19,936 nt of DNA. Source: Candidatus Oleincola secundus (lineage in GTDB: Bacteria > Atribacterota > Phoenicimicrobiia > Phoenicimicrobiales > Stramentimicrobiaceae). Location of the stretch: the NCBI GenBank assembly GCA_018400815.1, contig JAGYLS010000030.1:1-19936 (forward strand), in the 5' to 3' direction. The translations under genes were made by a program, and so were the position numbers. Positions 17,859 through 19,936 of the stretch are shown here, in pieces. The notes beneath the pieces were generated by a model, which was not told the DNA's origin, did no database searches, and worked only from the letters and a program-made list of their open reading frames with translations. Within the stretch, counting starts at the first letter, position 1, and each line of letters opens with the position of its first letter.

Positions 17859-18809
17859 ATGCATTTAACCAAAAGAAGGAACGTTTTTATCTTTTTAATT
17901 ATTTTAATTTTTTTCCTGTTATTAAATATACAATCTTCACTGGCAGTACCATGGGACAGCTGTCCCTTTGGCCTGGAAAATGATCCTTATCCGGGGGAAT
18001 GCGGCAGGTATATTGACACTAATCAGGATGGTATTTGTGATTTATCCCAACCCAATCCGGCAAATAGTACAACCGGTATTGATCAAAATACAGTTACATT
18101 AAACGTTAATGATGAACAAACAGGCGGTTCCAGTAACAGTAATACCTATATTCCTCCTGAGGAAGAAGAGTATAGTGTAGAAATCTCCGGCAACCAGTTA
18201 AAAGTTATGAGTATCAATGAAATTGCCCAACTATGGGAAATTAATGCCAATAGTTTATTGCAGAAACTTAAAGAAAATCTTCTGTTGGTAAATGATTATA
18301 CTGTTAATAGCACCATTAATGAATTGAGAGCAGAGATGCACTTTTCTCCTTCGCTAGTCAAAATAACTGCAGAAGAACTGAAAACCCAGGATAATTTGCA
18401 AACTAATAATACATCTGTCTTGAATCAAGCTAATGAAAATATTAGTGCTCAACAATCTCAGGAAGAATTCGTTGCCCAAACTGTCACCTTCCCTGATTAT
18501 AACTTAATTCCAATCGGGCTGATTACTTTGCTGCTCTACCTGGGCGGAAAATGGCTGGCAGCCAAATTAAAAATTAGGTCGGCAAAAGAGAAAAAATTCT
18601 GGAACATTTTACTTTTAATCAGCTTTATTGGCTCTGCTGGCACTGGATTTATCCTGATACTGATTCGTGACTTTGATTGGTTTCGTTCCATTAATTTTGA
18701 TTTTCTTTTCTGGCATGTTGAATTCTCTATCGCAATGGGGCTTATTGGTATCTTTCACGCTCTTTGGCATGTGAAGTATTACTGGAAAATCTTTCCTAAA
18801 CACAATTAA
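17859..18809 (+). CDS. Exported/membrane protein with an N-terminal three-Cys motif and a C-terminal DUF4405-like 3-TM His-containing domain
   Basis: Signal peptide ending SSLA, then CPFGLENDPYPGECGRYIDTNQDGICD, N/Q/T/S-rich linkers, and C-terminal TM helices with FWHVEF and IFHALWH. AAGGAAAGG SD upstream. Confidence 0.7.
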   Translation: MHLTKRRNVFIFLIILIFFLLLNIQSSLAVPWDSCPFGLENDPYPGECGRYIDTNQDGICDLSQPNPANSTTGIDQNTVTLNVNDEQTGGSSNSNTYIPPEEEEYSVEISGNQLKVMSINEIAQLWEINANSLLQKLKENLLLVNDYTVNSTINELRAEMHFSPSLVKITAEELKTQDNLQTNNTSVLNQANENISAQQSQEEFVAQTVTFPDYNLIPIGLITLLLYLGGKWLAAKLKIRSAKEKKFWNILLLISFIGSAGTGFILILIRDFDWFRSINFDFLFWHVEFSIAMGLIGIFHALWHVKYYWKIFPKHN

Positions 18810-18879
18810 TATATTATAATACAAGCAATAATTCATTGCCTTTGAAGAAAAAAATTCAGGGAAGAAGAAAGAAAGACTT

Positions 18880-19470
18880 ATGGTAACGATTTCTGATTGT
18901 GAGCAAAAAAATGATGTACAGTTAGTTTTCCTTAGTCTAGAAAACCAGGAATATTATTACTGTCTTATGAAAAGATACGAGATTCCGCTGATGAATTATG
19001 TTCGAAAATTATCCGGACTGAACCAGTCTGATGTTGAAGATGTTTTACAAGAGGTTTTCATCCTTGCCTATCAAAACTTGAATGATTATGACCGACAATT
19101 TAAATTTTCCAGTTGGATTTATCGTATCGCCCATAACCAAACAGTCAGTATGCTCCGAAAAAAAACAAAAAATTATCAGGATATTTCCTGGGATGAACAC
19201 GACCTGGATCAGCTTGTGCAATCCGATTTTGACATAGAGCAAAGCCTGTTTCAAAAAATGGATTATCGCAATTTGCTTCAAAATATCGATACATTACCTT
19301 TAAAATATAAAGAAGTCCTGTTATTAAAATTTCTAGAAGGAAAAGATTACCAGGAAATCAGTGATATTCTCAGGAAACCAATGGGTACCATAGGTACCCT
19401 GATTAATCGAGCTAAAAAGAGATTACTTCAGGAAATCACAAAAGGACAAGGTGAGTCAAAAAATGACTGA
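18880..19470 (+). CDS. RNA polymerase sigma-70 factor, ECF subfamily
   Basis: Region 2 motifs EDVLQEVFI.AY and KFSSWIYRIAHN; region 4 motif LPLKYKEVLLLKFLEGKDYQEISDILRKPMGTIGTLINRAKKRL. Confidence 0.95.
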   Translation: MVTISDCEQKNDVQLVFLSLENQEYYYCLMKRYEIPLMNYVRKLSGLNQSDVEDVLQEVFILAYQNLNDYDRQFKFSSWIYRIAHNQTVSMLRKKTKNYQDISWDEHDLDQLVQSDFDIEQSLFQKMDYRNLLQNIDTLPLKYKEVLLLKFLEGKDYQEISDILRKPMGTIGTLINRAKKRLLQEITKGQGESKND

Positions 19471-19936
19471 TATCAGCAAAAAAACATTGGAAAAAATTAA
19501 AAAAGAACAGGTACATCCTAAGCCACGTTGGTATTTCTTAACTCGTGACTATTTCTTCTGGATAATGTTTGTCATTACTACCCTTCTTGGTGGGGTTGCT
19601 TTTGGTATGATTTTATTTATTACCACTAACTTGGATTGGGACATATATCAATACCTGGGGCTAAGCTTACCGGAAGCAGTGGTTACAAGTTTGCCTTATC
19701 TATGGATTGCTTTATTGGTCTTTTTTCTCTTTATTACTTATTACAATTTTATCCATACCAGAAGAGGCTATCGCTATCGTTTTGTAGTAATATTTCTTAT
19801 CAGTTTGCTTATAAGTATCCTCTTGGGGTTTGGTTTCTTCCATTATGGTTGGACAGAAACTGTAGAAAGACAGTTAAGAGCAAGAATCCCAGGTTATCAA
19901 CATATGGTTTATACCGGGGAAAATCAATGGATGCAA
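19463..19936 (+). CDS. Multi-TM membrane protein coupled to the ECF sigma (candidate anti-sigma factor); truncated by the window end
   Basis: Not in the ORF track. ATG 19463 overlaps the sigma stop (ATGACTGA) and the frame is open to the end: MTDISKKTLEKIKKEQVHPKPRWYFLTRDYFFWIMFVITTLLGGVAFGMILFITTNLDWDIYQYLGLSLPEAVVTSLPYLWIALLVFFLFITYYNFIHTRRGYRYRFVVIFLISLLISILLGFGFFHYGW..., with three TM segments. Confidence 0.85.
   Translation, partial: MTDISKKTLEKIKKEQVHPKPRWYFLTRDYFFWIMFVITTLLGGVAFGMILFITTNLDWDIYQYLGLSLPEAVVTSLPYLWIALLVFFLFITYYNFIHTRRGYRYRFVVIFLISLLISILLGFGFFHYGWTETVERQLRARIPGYQHMVYTGENQWMQ

Noticed and set aside
17687..17872. 61-aa minus-strand ORF upstream of the ECF cluster
   Set aside because: Low-complexity AT-rich translation overlapping the promoter and start of the plus-strand gene, with no SD or motif.

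Overview
AT-rich bacterial chromosomal window of mostly intact metabolic and transport genes. Gene content and composition suggest an anaerobe, possibly Atribacterota- or Firmicutes-like (inference only). Left to right: the 5' end of a gamma-glutamyltransferase-family gene missed by the ORF track; a TauE/SafE exporter; an NCS2/AzgA purine permease; an MBL-fold hydrolase; a divergent cyclase/KynB-family amidohydrolase; and a minus-strand operon of GntR, creatininase-family enzyme, fused TRAP permease and TAXI binding protein, preceded by a 20-bp perfect inverted repeat built from TGTATACA units. Next come a MoxR-DUF58-DUF4129-type triad and an FAH-family hydrolase plus a UxaA/GarD large subunit with no small subunit. 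A 2.4-kb decayed zone holds two pseudogenes: an internally deleted D-aminoacylase and a frameshifted TM0106/RecB-like nuclease. The window ends with a three-gene module of a Cys-motif/DUF4405-like membrane protein, an ECF sigma factor and a multi-TM partner, behind an ECF-type promoter. The most notable observations are the creatininase homolog with both second-metal ligands changed and the ECF signalling module. No rRNA, tRNA, CRISPR array or intact mobile element was seen. All family calls come from motif recognition by eye, not database searches.
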